Positions 13,060 through 24,469 of a stretch of DNA of 64,000 nt are shown here, in pieces (positions within the stretch are counted from its first letter, which is position 1; every line of letters begins with the position of its first letter). The stretch comes from Bilabrum cf. latius. Its lineage: Eukaryota. Location: contig OZ237756.1 of assembly GCA_965178125.1 (NCBI GenBank), forward strand, positions 186,001 through 250,000. The letters are read 5' to 3'. A model generated the notes under the pieces. The model saw only the letters and a list, made by a program, of their open reading frames with translations, had not been told where the DNA came from and did no database searches. Made by a program: the position numbers and the translations under genes.

Positions 13060-16000
13060 TCAAAGCAGCTCCCAGCCATCTGGAGGATCCACCGTGGACG
13101 CATCTCTTATTTTCCCAGAACTTCTCAATGTAGCGCGGGCCCTGCCTCCAAGCCCGCCCATGCCCAGCACAACTTCGTCTCCCGCAGTCACCCGCCGCTG
13201 GGATCCTCCCATCGACCGCAGCCTCTGCAGCGGGCCCCCATCCATGGGCATGCTATCGTCCATACCCTGGGTCGTTCCATGGGTCGCATCTGCGCCATCC
13301 GGAGAGCGAGCAAGCATTCCGTCCGATTGATCCGATCCTTCATCCAAGCGTTGCCACTGGGACCGAAGAACAGCGGGAGACGCACCACTGGCAGCAGAAG
13401 ACCTGTCCTGGCTTGCATCACTACTATGCACTGCACCCATGCACGCCTGCACCTGTACCCTTCGCCTGACCTGCTCTGCAAGCGCCTGCAGGCCAGCAGA
13501 CGGCACGGTCTGGCTGCCATTGCCACTGCCAGAGCCGCGCTGCTGCTGCTTGTCCATCAGGCCGCCCAGTCCCGGTGCCCTTCGCCTGCCCCTGGCAATG
13601 GCACTGGCACCAGGGGAGGAGGAAGCCGCCGCGTCATCAGCGCTGCCCCTGCGCCCCTTGCGACCGGTTGCAACCCGTGGCAGGCGAGGGGGAGCCTGTG
13701 ACGAGTGGATAGGCATGCCGCCCGCACCCGCGCCAGCGCCTGTGCCAGTGCCTGTACTTCTACTACCACCTTGTCCCAATGCATGGGATCCGGCTCTATC
13801 GGTGGTGCTGCCGACAGCAACAGAGCCGAGGGAGGCAGGCCCGATGGAGGCAAACTCGCCGCCCTCACCCTCGCCCTGCCCCCGGCTCACTCTTCCATCG
13901 CTTGCGGCGGGCCGGGCCTGCATGGAAACCTGGGCGGTCGCACCGCCATGGAATGCACCCACGATGGGCAGCCCAAACGCCTCCGCGGCGGTGTCAGGCC
14001 TCTCTCCCCTCGGGATATGCTCCCAGTGGAAGTGCGCGGGTGTGTTCCCCACGATCTCGAATAAGGGGGCTCGCTCTCCCCCCACCCTGGGGGCTCGCTC
14101 AGCCTCCTCTGACTCTCCCGACGCAGCGCGCAGGGCGTCGTTCATCCGGGAGGAACAGCCGTTTGTAGGCGCTGCGCCGTGGGTCATAGGAACACTCTGC
14201 GCGCTCGACCGCCGGGTGCATCGCACTGTGGCGATCCCGGCCCTCGCGAGCCTCCGGCACAGGTCGACAAAGTCCCTGCGGTCCCTCGCGTAGAAACCGA
14301 CGGCCAGGGATGGTGATAGCGTGCGAAATCTGGTATATTGAGGCACCCCCGTGTAGGTCAGCGTCCGCAGGTACGAGGCATCCAGCAGCTGAGAAGGGTG
14401 CACCGCCAGCCGGGCCTACGCACTCGTCACACTGCTATCGAGACCGGCACCTCCCCGTTGTGACCCAGCGGCATGCTACGCGCGTCCGCCCCGAGGGGTA
14501 TTCCCGCTGCCCTAGCCACAGCCACAGCCCTAGCCCTGGCCCTGGTTCTGGCCCAAGCACTAGCCCGCCTCGATGCCCCAGCCGGCGCGCCCACCCCTGC
14601 TCTCGCCATGCCCCTCCCCAGACCCAGTGCTCTCGATCGGGCCCGGCACTTGCGCGGCGCCCCCTACCAGCGGAACCTCAACCGAAGCCCCACTGGCCTG
14701 CGTGTCTCTGCTCTCAAAGCGACTCACGAATGGAGGCAGCTCCCCGCTCGCACCATCGTGCAGTGCACCCGGCGGGGCCTCCCCAGCCAGCCCGCCAGAC
14801 CCGATCTGAGTCCCAGGTCCCGATCTAGGGCTTGTCCTTGGGCTTCGTGGTGCTGTTCGCCTGCTCGGACTATCTTTGCTCGATGGCTGCTACCCTCGGC
14901 TGGCTGCCTCTCCCGATCCACTGCTTGCCCGGGAAGCGGCCCTGCGAGCTGTCCATCGTGCGGCTGCCCTGTCGCAGGCCTCCAGTGCTCCTCGCGGCAG
15001 CTGCGGCACTTCCTGCACCGTGTGGGGGTCCAGGAACAGACCCCTCGAGTACTTGAACGGGTGGTACCCAGGTAGCGGGGCGGGGTGCACTGCATGGTGC
15101 TGCACAGGCTGCAGGGAAGCACGAGCAGTGCCCATGCTACCTTGTTCCCCGGCGATTGCGCCAGGGACGAGTCTTGGGGCTGTCGTCGTGTGTCTGGCAC
15201 CGCTCGATGATGGATGGGAGGCGCTTCCTGACCTTCCACTGCCACTGCTGCCGCTCCGTCTTCCGCTGGTCCTGGTGCCCAGTGATCCCCTGGAACCTTG
15301 ACTCTCCTCCCAGTCATCCACATCCACGTGGTCGGCCCCCACCAGGTATAGCGAGTGCCCAGGTGTGCCCCCCACCACGCCGATGCACTGGGGCACCCGA
15401 AACAGCTCGGCCAGGGGCGCGACGAACCTGCGCTCCACCTGCGTGCCCGGGCCCAGCCGCAGGGGCACGATCAGCAGCAGGGAGGACCGCCACTCCGGGT
15501 CCTCTCCTTGTTCTCTGGAGTCACCGCGTTCCTCTGATGGAGCTGATGAGGCACCCGTGGGCCCACCCCGATATCCCATGGGGAGGGCCGTGCTTGGTTT
15601 GCCCGGGCTGCGAGGGCCACCATACGCAGGCGGGCGGAGGTGCCAATCCGGAGAGGCCGCAGGGCCGGTGTGGCCATCCTTGGGTGGTACGTCCACCACG
15701 TCCCAGCTGTCGTTCGATCCGGCGCGTCGAACCGATGGAAGCAATGGTGGCAGGTCCGGTGACCTCGGCAGCGGTGCTCTCTGGGTGGAATCCGTGCCTG
15801 GGAGGCTTCTTTCAGTGGTGTTGTCATGCTACTAGTCTTGAGTCTCCACCACGGTCCATCCGCCGGAGAGCTGTCTCTCTGCGGCCGGCGGCCCCACAGC
15901 CGAAGTGCCCTCGCCCTCGCTCGTCCCCTGAGATCCACGAGCCTCGGTTGCAGCTGCAGCTGCATCCTCGGGCAATAAAGGTGCTGCCATCGGTGCCGAC

Positions 16001-17562
16001 GTCGCATCACAGGCACTCGGTAGTGCATCGCTCGCCTCCTGGATGCCCCCCTGCCCGCTCATCTGTTCGCCATCGTGTCCAAGCAGCTCCCATCCAGCCA
16101 GCAGCAGAGGCCCTGGGCTCGCTGCGGAGCCAGCATCCGCGCTGCGTCGCCTTGCGCACTGCCTAGATCCGCGGTGCATGCGACCAGCCAGATCTGCAGA
16201 AGGAGTGTCCGCAATCTCCGGCGAGCTTGCGCGCGGCAGCATGTCTCCATGGGCGCTCTGGCCCGCTCCAGGTCGCAGCTTGCCTCGCCTGCGGCTGGCT
16301 GATTGGCTGCTCTGCGATTTCACGATCCCACCGCTGGAGTCTGGCACATGTCTGCTCGCAGATTGCTACGCAGCAGCGGGAGCCCCTTCTTCGTCCTGCT
16401 CCTGCCTCTCTACTTCTCCTTTCGTCCGATGCCGTCCTACAGCCCCAGCTGCCGCACCCCTCGAAGCCGAGATCGGTGGATCGCCGCTCCGTCCAGTTGT
16501 GCTCATCGAGGACGATTCCGCGTGGCACTCGTCACACCTGCACACCTACGAGTGCCTGCAGCACAAATCGTCCGCCTAGTCTGCACACACCACTCCCCCA
16601 TCGCCCGCCACCATGACGCGCAGGCCCGGTCCGTAGGGGCCGCCAGACCCGGCACCGTCTCCTAACAGCAGACCGCCCCCCCCTTGCCCCCCCTCGGCAG
16701 CAGGCTGCAGCTCCTCCCACTTTGCGAAGCACTCCCTGAGCACGCAAGCCGCCGCTCGCGGCCCGTACCACTCGCCCACCTTCTTCCCCTGCAGCGCGCC
16801 CGCCGCGCACAGCGCGTGCATGGAGAAGGTGCAATCCGCCCTCGGCAGGTCCGCGAAGAGCCAGGCCAGCCGCTTCTTGAGAGACACGGGGAGACCTCCA
16901 TGTCGGTGTGACGAGTTGGGTGATCCGCCTCTTCCCTTGTCTCCCGCGGCCGCCGCTGTTCCCGCCCTCCACCCCTCTTTGCCCCAGTGCACCTGCACTG
17001 CCTGGCAGGCCAGCATCTGCGTGGTCCGGAGCATGCAACCCCACCCCGCGTCCGTTGTCACGCCGCGCCCTCCCACCGCCGACTCCCCGAACGTTCGCCG
17101 CATGGCAGACCAGGTGGAGCTGCCGTCGGAGAGAACGGTGGATGAATCGGGAATGGCCCGGCTCGGGCTGCCGCTCCCCTCGCTCGATCCGGGCGAGGGG
17201 CCCGAGGTACAGCCTGCGGCAGGAGCCTGGAAATATTCACCGGCAAGTCCTGCCTTTGCAGCTGCTTGTAGGCTTGCCATCCCTCTGCGGTACGTGATCC
17301 ACGGCAGTCCTTGCAGCGCCAGTTGCAGCTGGGCAGAGGGCAACGCCACCGGTCGCGGGCGCCACTGGTGATGCGACGGAGGGGAGGACGAGCCGTGCTA
17401 GTCAGATTTGTCTGCACCGTACAAGCCACCGCGCTTGTCCCCTTCGAGGCGCCGCTCTGCCGTGGTGCTGGCTGCGTATAAAAGGCCGAGCACCCACACC
17501 TGCCCGCTGGGTGGATCCGTAGCATCCACCATGCCCATCCATCTCCGGAAGGTATCAACCAT
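13060..17562 (-). CDS. ATG4: Autophagy cysteine protease ATG4 (peptidase C54), ~1500 aa with low-complexity insertions
   Basis: Motifs occur in order in one frame: VWVLGLLY, PWITYRRG, TDAGWGCMLRTTQML (catalytic Cys), KKVGEWYGP, LLLIVPLRLG, QCIGVVGGTPGHSLYLVG, FLDPHTVQ (Asp/His), LSPSLAVGFY. The C-terminal DGWELL is LIR-like. About 12 internal TAGs; ends TGA 13062-13060. Confidence 0.92.
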
Positions 17563-17788
17563 CGCAACGTGAGGAACGATTCATCGTTCGCGGATTGAGC
17601 GTGTCCTGGCTTGGACGTTTCTACTCCACTTCAAGTTGCTTCGCTTTGCGATCGACAGGTTCATCATTAGTTCGCTCATGATCCAGCGAACTTCGCGTCA
17701 ACGGCTCGGTTCGCAAGCTTTTGGAAGTGCAGCATTCGAAGGCCGGCACCTGAGTTGAATTTTTCTGTCTTGGCTAGATACAAGTACT

Positions 17789-19222
17789 ATGGAGCCATAT
17801 AATATTAGGCGGAGAAAAGCGGAGGAAGCACGGTTGGAGACGGCCATGGCGGCAATCAGCCAGCGCGAAGAGGCATAGAAAATGACTCGGTTTGAGAACA
17901 GGACAAGCGCCAAAGCGGGGGCTCGGATGGCTCGAGAGGAAATGAAAAGGGCCGAGCAAGAATTGAAGCAGTCCCTGCTGCACCGGAGGGCCCGGCTGGC
18001 CCAGCTGCTTGAGCGCGAACGCGAGGATTTGGAACGGCTGATCGAAGCATCCTTCGATCCGCCAGAGGTAGTCAAAGCAAAGATGTTCGCGAAAGCGCGT
18101 GCTTTGCAGGAGCGAAGGGAAGAGGAGAGGAGGAAGAAAGCCGCCGAGCTGGACGCTCTCCGTTTCAAGCAGGGCTCCGACCTGCTCCGCGCAAGAAACT
18201 CCATGATCACGGCGCATCGCGCCGCGGACGAGCGAGCCCGGCAAATCGCCGAGCACCAGAAGCGCCTGCACGAAGAGCGCGAGTGGGAAGCCGAGCAGGA
18301 CCGGCAGATGGCAGAGCGCCTCAAGGTCTCGGACGAGCGCGAGGAGCGGGAGGCGAGGGAGCGAGCGAGGAGGAACGCGGAGATGAAGGCGGAGCTGGAC
18401 GCCCAGATCGGCGTGAAGGAGTCCCTCGGTCGGCGCGGCAGGGAACACGAGTCGCAGGTGGACCGCCACTTCCTGGGGCTGTGGGACAAAGAGGCCAGGG
18501 AGCTGGAGGAGAAGGAGAGGCAGAGGAAGGCGAGGGCCAGGGCGGAGATGAAGAGGACCATGGCGGAGAACGAGCAGTTCCGGGGGAAGGAGGCCAAGGC
18601 AGCGGCGAGAGAATTCGCGGAGGACAGAGCGAGGCTGCAGGCGGTGCTTGACCGGGAGGCAGAGGAGGACAGGAGGGAGCGGGAGGGACTGGAGGGCCGG
18701 AGGGCGGAGATGATGAGGCACCAGAGGGAGCTGGAGGCGCAGATGGCCCTCGAGGCGGAGGCAGGTGACAAGTACGACGCGTATTTCCAGGAGTACCAGG
18801 CCAAGCAGTGGGCCAAGCGGGACGCCGAGTGGGGCAAGGTGGCCGACCAGAGGCGCAAGCTGGACGAGGAGGTGCAGAGGGTGAGGCAGTGGCAGAAAGA
18901 GGAAAAGGCGGCGAGGTCCAAGTGGGAGGCGGCGGAGGACGCGCGGGTGGCAGCAGAGGCCAGGCGCCGCACGAAGCAGATCGAGGAGGAGGAGCGCAAG
19001 GAGGCGGAGGAGGCCAGGGCCCGGGCGGCCGCCCTCAAGACGCAGCAGGTCCGCCAGATGGACAGGAGGAAGGCCATGCGGCAGCGTGAGGAGCAGATCG
19101 CGTACCTTGAAAGGAAAATGGCGGAAAGGGACGAGAGGCGGTATCAGGACCGGGTGCGCGAGATCCTGCAGGCGCCGCCGGAGGAAGGGGTGCATCGACG
19201 CAAGAAGCTCGAATGGACGTGA
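17789..19222 (+). CDS. CFAP53: Cilia- and flagella-associated coiled-coil protein 53 (trichohyalin-plectin homology domain), 477 aa
   Basis: E/R/K/A-rich coiled coil. RRARLAQLLERE...KMFAKARALQERREEERRK...RFKQGSDLLR matches the recalled CFAP53 pattern. The frame extends upstream through TAG 17876 to ATG 17789; ends TGA. Confidence 0.75.
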
Positions 19223-19409
19223 GTTACTTGAGACGGTTGGTGGCTCTATTTGTAGGAACATCTATCGCAGCTATACCATACATTCATGTCGCCTGGCTGG
19301 ATGCAAAAAATCAGACACAGCTAGCACTGCATACCAACGGGTTCGGACCAACTGGAACAAAGAGCTGGCTACAACTTCAAGCAATCAAACAGCATTATTA
19401 CGAAATATT

Positions 19410-22400
19410 TTAGCGAGAATGGTCGTGCCCTCCCCTGCCAAAAAGAAAGCTGCGCTTGCCTTTGCCCTTGCCGCCGCCGCCGCGTACCTGCCTGTTCAGG
19501 ACGTACACGCCGCCGAGCACGAGCGCCACGATTCCCACCATGCCCAGCATGCCGAGCAGCTGAGTTTCCTTGTTGCTCCACGACGAAGAGCCCGCCATGG
19601 GCGCCTGATCATCGTTCAGCACCTCCACCCCGGACAGATCAAACCCGCCGTTGGGCAGGCTCCCGCCGCCGCCGCCTCCTCCCCGCAGCCCGGCACCGGT
19701 GCCGTCACCAGCTTCCGATGGCTCGCCGGTCCCCGCCCCGCCGCCGCCACCGCCGCCGTACTTGTTGGCCCAGTAGGCCGCAGTGGCCGCTAGGTCTTCC
19801 CCCGCGGCCATCCTCCTCTTCTTGGAGGTGCCGTCCTTGAGCTCACCCAGCCCATCTGTGGGGGGAGGCAGCGGGGGCACGGCCCGCTGCCTGACCTCCG
19901 CGAAGGCCTTCAAATCGGCGTACTCCGGGTCCTTGCTGTGCCCCGCGGGGGGTCGCACTAGCCGGCCGTACCTGTCCGAGAGCGACACGGGGTCCACGGG
20001 GGCGGGGGTGGGCCTCGGTGCCAGCGGCATGTTGACGACCGGGCTGAGGACGTGCTTGGGGTCCTCCACCGCCAGCTGCAGGTCCGAGGGTCTTGCGTTC
20101 TCCGTGACGGAGATGCGGAACCCGCACTGCCGGATGTCCTTGCTGCCCTGGGGCGGGCTTCCTGACCTGGAGTTGCACTGGATGTTGGTAGTCAGCGACA
20201 CCGGCAGGTGGAACCAGAAAGAGGGGACGTACAGAACATCGCCCGCCTCGATCACGACCTGGGTGGCCTTGGCGTGCGTGTAGTGCTTGCGGTACTGCTC
20301 CGGGTCCGTCCAGTCGTGCTCCGAATGCCTTGCGGAGGGCCCCTTCTGCAGCAGGTCCATGTTGGGGCACTCGGAGGGTGGGGCCAGGATGTACCTCTTC
20401 TTGCCTCGCACCATCGAGATGAAGTTGCGGCCACCGTCGTAATGATTCTCCGCGATGATGCCGGCCATGCCAAACCTGCAGTGGATGCCCCGCTGCTGGG
20501 AGGGGTCCACGATGAAGAACTTGTTCTCTGGGCGGAAGATGTCCATGTCGTCGGCCACGAAGGTGTTATCCCTTCCTGGGTCGGCCGAGGTGCCTTTCTT
20601 CAGGGACTTCTGCTTGGAAGAGGCCCTAAAGTACCAGTGCCGAGTCTCGGTGTTGCTCGCCTTGCCCGACATGATCTCCGCCTCGCCCTCCTCGGCTTTC
20701 TGGATCCAGTCCGAGTACGTCAGCTTGATGTCCTTGGTGGGCTGCTCCCAACCCGTGCGCGACTTGCCCCCCTGCTTGACAGCATCTCTCGCGTCCTTGG
20801 CCCCTCGGTTCCAGTACATGAAGTGGTTGCCCACGTTGGTCTCCGTCTGCTTGGGGTGGTCCCCCATGATCTGGGACAGGTGCGGGTTGGTCCACCTGCG
20901 GTTCACCTCTAGCAGCTCGGGCACGCCCCTCACGACAAAGGGCAGCTCGGCGTCTCTCAGCCTCTCGGCTTCCTTCCTCTGCGAGGGGTCGTTCCAGTCC
21001 AGCACTCTGACAGAGGCGTAGGCGCCTTGCTCGTGGTAGGACCTGGGCACGCGGACGTCGTCGGGGTTCCAGTGGTCCAGCATGTCCACGAGCGGGTACA
21101 GCTTGGGGTAGGGCTCCAGGGCCTCCGGCTCGGGCTCCGCCGCGGGGTCGTACCACCCCTTCTGCGCGAGCGTGATGGGGGGCAGGGGCGCGCCCTCGGG
21201 CACATCTAGCCGCTGGGCGTATCCCCCCCGAATGGCATCGAGCCCCGGGGGTGCCTAAGGCAGCTCCTCCTCGGGGGTAAGCAGCGACCTGGATCCGGAC
21301 GAGGCCGAACTGGAGCCGACCGAGGCGGTGGGGGCAGCGGACACCAACCTCGCTCCAGAGGCGGACGCGCCTCCAGACCCTGATTCTTCCTGCTCCTTAA
21401 CCGGGTCCTGCGGGGTGGGCAGCGCCCTGGCAGCCTCCTGCACCTTGTTCTCCGGATCACCCCTGGCCTTGACCGCCCTCGCCAGGTCGTATGCGAAGAG
21501 CTTCAGCTGGAAGGGGTGGTAAATCTCCCGTGCCGCGTCCTTCATCTCCTTGGGAGCCGTGGCGCGCTTGAATGCGTTGTCGCTGGTAAATGTCTTGGCC
21601 TTGTCCTTGCGCCCGATGGCCGCCTTGGAGTAGAACTTGGTCACGGCGATCATGCGCTCCTCCTCCTCCGCCGTCAGGTCCTGCCCGAACAGGTACCTCA
21701 CGATGGGAACGACAGCCTCTGGCATTGTGTGGTAGGCCAGGCCTACACCCACGGCTTTGTGCGTCCCCTTCTTGGCCTCTTCCTCGAACTGGGCCATGTA
21801 GCCCAGTGCCTCGTCTGCGAGGTAGGCGATCTGCGCGGCGCAAAACACGAGGGGGTGTGTCCTGCGGGCGTCCTTGGAGCTATCCACGCCTGGCAGCAGC
21901 TTGAGCATCCCGGGCGGGGTTTGTCTCTGCCACCTGAGGCAGGGGGAGCTCTTGGCCCCGTTGATGCGGCCCCTGAGGCTGTTCTTCTCGGCCGACTCGG
22001 CGGTGATCTCCAGGCCGTTCTTGTTGGCGGTCCTCTCAGCGTCCGCCGCGGTCCTCAGCAGGCTGGACATGACCTCCGTGCCGTCTCTGTGCACGAACGC
22101 GAAGGGGGTATCGGGGAATGCCGCGTGGAAGAGGTCCAGGGAGGCTGCCATCTGGGACTGGAACTTGAAGTACATGTGGGTGGTGCCGGGCACGCGGGAC
22201 ATGGCCTGCATGGTGGTGCGCAGGACTCGAACCCTGCGGTGAATGGATGGATGGGCGGATATGCGGAGGAATAGAAGGGTGGGGGGCGCGGGGGGGCATT
22301 CGAATCCGACGTGCGAGGGGCCCGAGGGGCGCGGCTAGCTCCCCCACAGACAGGGGGCAATGAGCTGAGCCCGGACCTGTGAGGACATGCGGGGGGTCAT

Positions 22401-22995
22401 TTTCTCTCTCTCACTTGAAGTCAAAGCTACCCGGTCCCTTGATCACGTTCGGCGGCGGCGCCGACTCGCTGTACACGACGTTCTGGGGCCCGATCGAAGC
22501 GAGCATGTTGGCCACGAGGGTCGAACCGCAGCGCGCTAGGTGGAAGACGAAACCCTTGGGGGTCTGGCGGTCAGCAACAGCGCCGCCTTGCTTGCGTTCG
22601 TTCTCCAACACAGCTTCGACCTGTTCCAGCGTCCTTCGGATGCGCCGGTTGCCTTCACACTTGGAAGCATCCACGAGGAATCGAAACATGGGGTACGACT
22701 GCGGGTCTGTCACCCGCAGCTCGTTGCGCAGAGGGCACAATATCAAGTGAGTGCCGTCTTTGTTTCCGTTTGAACGCACCTCAATCGGAACGTATCCCTC
22801 TGGGATATCACTTTCATCAGACGGTGACGGGGGGTTGACCGGTGCGACATCTAGCAGCCGTCTTGCCGGCTCGTGCCCCATCCATCCGGCTGGTACCAAT
22901 GAGCTGGCAGCTTCTTGGAAAGAGAATGATCCAAATACAAGCTGAGAATGCAGCAGGGCGAACCCAATCGTCAAAACAGCACGCATCCCAACCAT
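19410..22995 (-). CDS. Type-I membrane protein (~1134 aa): signal peptide, P-loop sulfotransferase-like domain, JmjC/cupin_8 2OG-Fe(II) oxygenase, C-terminal TM
   Basis: Exons 22995-22415 and 22233-19410, with intron GTGAG...CCGCAG in a consistent phase. Motifs GFVFHLARCGSTLVANML, FVHRDGTEVMSSL, IAENHYDGGRNF (HxD) and GDVLYVPSFWFH; TM LLGMLGMVGIVALVLGGVYVL. One TAG (21257-21255) lies in the interdomain linker. Ends TAA, with two more in-frame TAAs in the AT-rich 3' flank. Confidence 0.85.
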
Positions 22996-23348
22996 TCTCA
23001 AGATGGAAACCTGCTGCAACTGGTTCAAACTATCAGGCTTAGGCAAAAACACGAGGGCGAGCACTGGGATTTGCCACTATTATCAAGCTTCCGAACGCTA
23101 ACAGGGGCCTGCAATACCAATTGAATGGAAGCACAGTGTGAAACCACAGTGATTAGGGCCTGATGACCACAGAAATACAGAAATATATTGTTGGGTTAAG
23201 TTACCGAACCCGCCACAGATGCACCATATCTCAGGTGATCACCTGCAGCGGTAGGAGCCCTCATAAGAGGACTACAAGACCCCCGACCCTTTCAGACCAA
23301 AGGCCCCCCATGTACCGGCCCTGATGTTGGGACCTCCCTTTGTCGCCT

Positions 23349-24236
23349 TCAAGCCCTCCTTCGCAGCAGTCCCGGAGCCTTTATTTCGGATATCCGTAGA
23401 CACACAGGCATACTGCGTGGACCCGGCATTATGCGCGGTCCAGACCCACCACGGAGTGCCCCTCCAGCCTCCGACGTCACTTCCAGGATCGTCCGCGATC
23501 CCTCTGAGGGTCGAGCACGCACACAATCATGCTCGTCTCTGGAACTGTCAGCGTAAATATGTGAATAGTTCCGAGGCTCCCCCTCCTGGGAGTCTTCCCG
23601 AGCTCGGTGTCCCCGGGCCCGGCTGATATAGGTGGCACCAACGGTGCAGAAACCAATCGCCCTGCTCTCCGGCAGGTAGACCGGCGCCAAAGCATTAGAT
23701 GCTAAGACTAGGGCTTCAAAGAACCCATTTTCTCCACAAGGGGAGAAATCCCGTGCTGAAATGACAGTACGGGCGTCGGAATAGGTGGCACCAACGGTGC
23801 AGAAACCAATCGCCCTGCTCTCCGGCAGGTAGACCGGCGCCAAAGCATTAGATGCTAAGACTAGGGCTTCAAAGAACCCATTTTCTCCACAAGGGAAGAT
23901 ATCCCGTGCTGAAATGACAGTACGGGCGTCGGAGGCGGTAAACACCTTCCCGACCGTTTGGTCGTAGACCTTCCCGCGCACATCGGCGAACGGGCCATAA
24001 CCACTTCGCAGCCCCCACAGGGATCTCGAGTGGAATCGAGAGCTATTTAGCTCTTCTTCCGCTGCGCAGACGACACTCCAGGACGCCTGAACAGGGCTGT
24101 GCTGCTCAACCAGCACAGGCACCGAACCCGGTGCAGCCGACAATGCCAATCCAGGCGTCGGCTTCTCCCATCCCATAGGAAGGAAGAATATAGCCAAAGC
24201 ACTATGTGCTAAGGCTAGGGCCCATAAAGGGTCCAT
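23349..24236 (-). CDS. Hypothetical protein with signal-peptide-like N-terminus and an internal 51-aa duplication
   Basis: Open frame starting MDPLWALALAHSALAIFFL and ending TGA. No recognisable domain. Confidence 0.4.
   Translation of the reverse strand: MDPLWALALAHSALAIFFLPMGWEKPTPGLALSAAPGSVPVLVEQHSPVQASWSVVCAAEEELNSSRFHSRSLWGLRSGYGPFADVRGKVYDQTVGKVFTASDARTVISARDIFPCGENGFFEALVLASNALAPVYLPESRAIGFCTVGATYSDARTVISARDFSPCGENGFFEALVLASNALAPVYLPESRAIGFCTVGATYISRARGHRAREDSQEGEPRNYSHIYADSSRDEHDCVRARPSEGSRTILEVTSEAGGALRGGSGPRIMPGPRSMPVCLRISEIKAPGLLRRRA
23628..23933. repeat. Near-perfect direct tandem duplication, 2 x 153 bp
   Basis: 23628-23780 and 23781-23933 both start ATAGGTGGCACCAACGG. They differ visibly only around AAGGGGAGAAATCCC versus AAGGGAAGATATCCC. 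Confidence 0.95.
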
Positions 24237-24469
24237 CTCCCCCACCAGGAGATTTTTTTTGTAAAAAAACCACGTTTTCTGATGTTGTTGCGTGCCATTA
24301 TATCATCGATATCGGATTCGGACGCGTGCACGCCGGCGGGGCGCTCAGCTCGAGAGAGACGTGGCCAGTTTCCACAGCCATTCCTAGCACCGGGCTCAAG
24401 AATAACACCCGGAATAGATTGACTGGATTAATATATTGATTAAGAAACTATTCCTCTGATCACTGAGCC

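Noticed and set aside
17698-19261. Long antisense ORFs (459 and 495 aa) and many other overlapping ORFs in the track
   Set aside because: They are shadows of GC-rich, codon-biased sense genes and carry no domain signal.
22290-22320. TTCGAATCC resembling a tRNA T-loop (possible suppressor tRNA)
   Set aside because: It lies in an intron with no cloverleaf or acceptor stem. No tRNA-CUA was recognised in this window.
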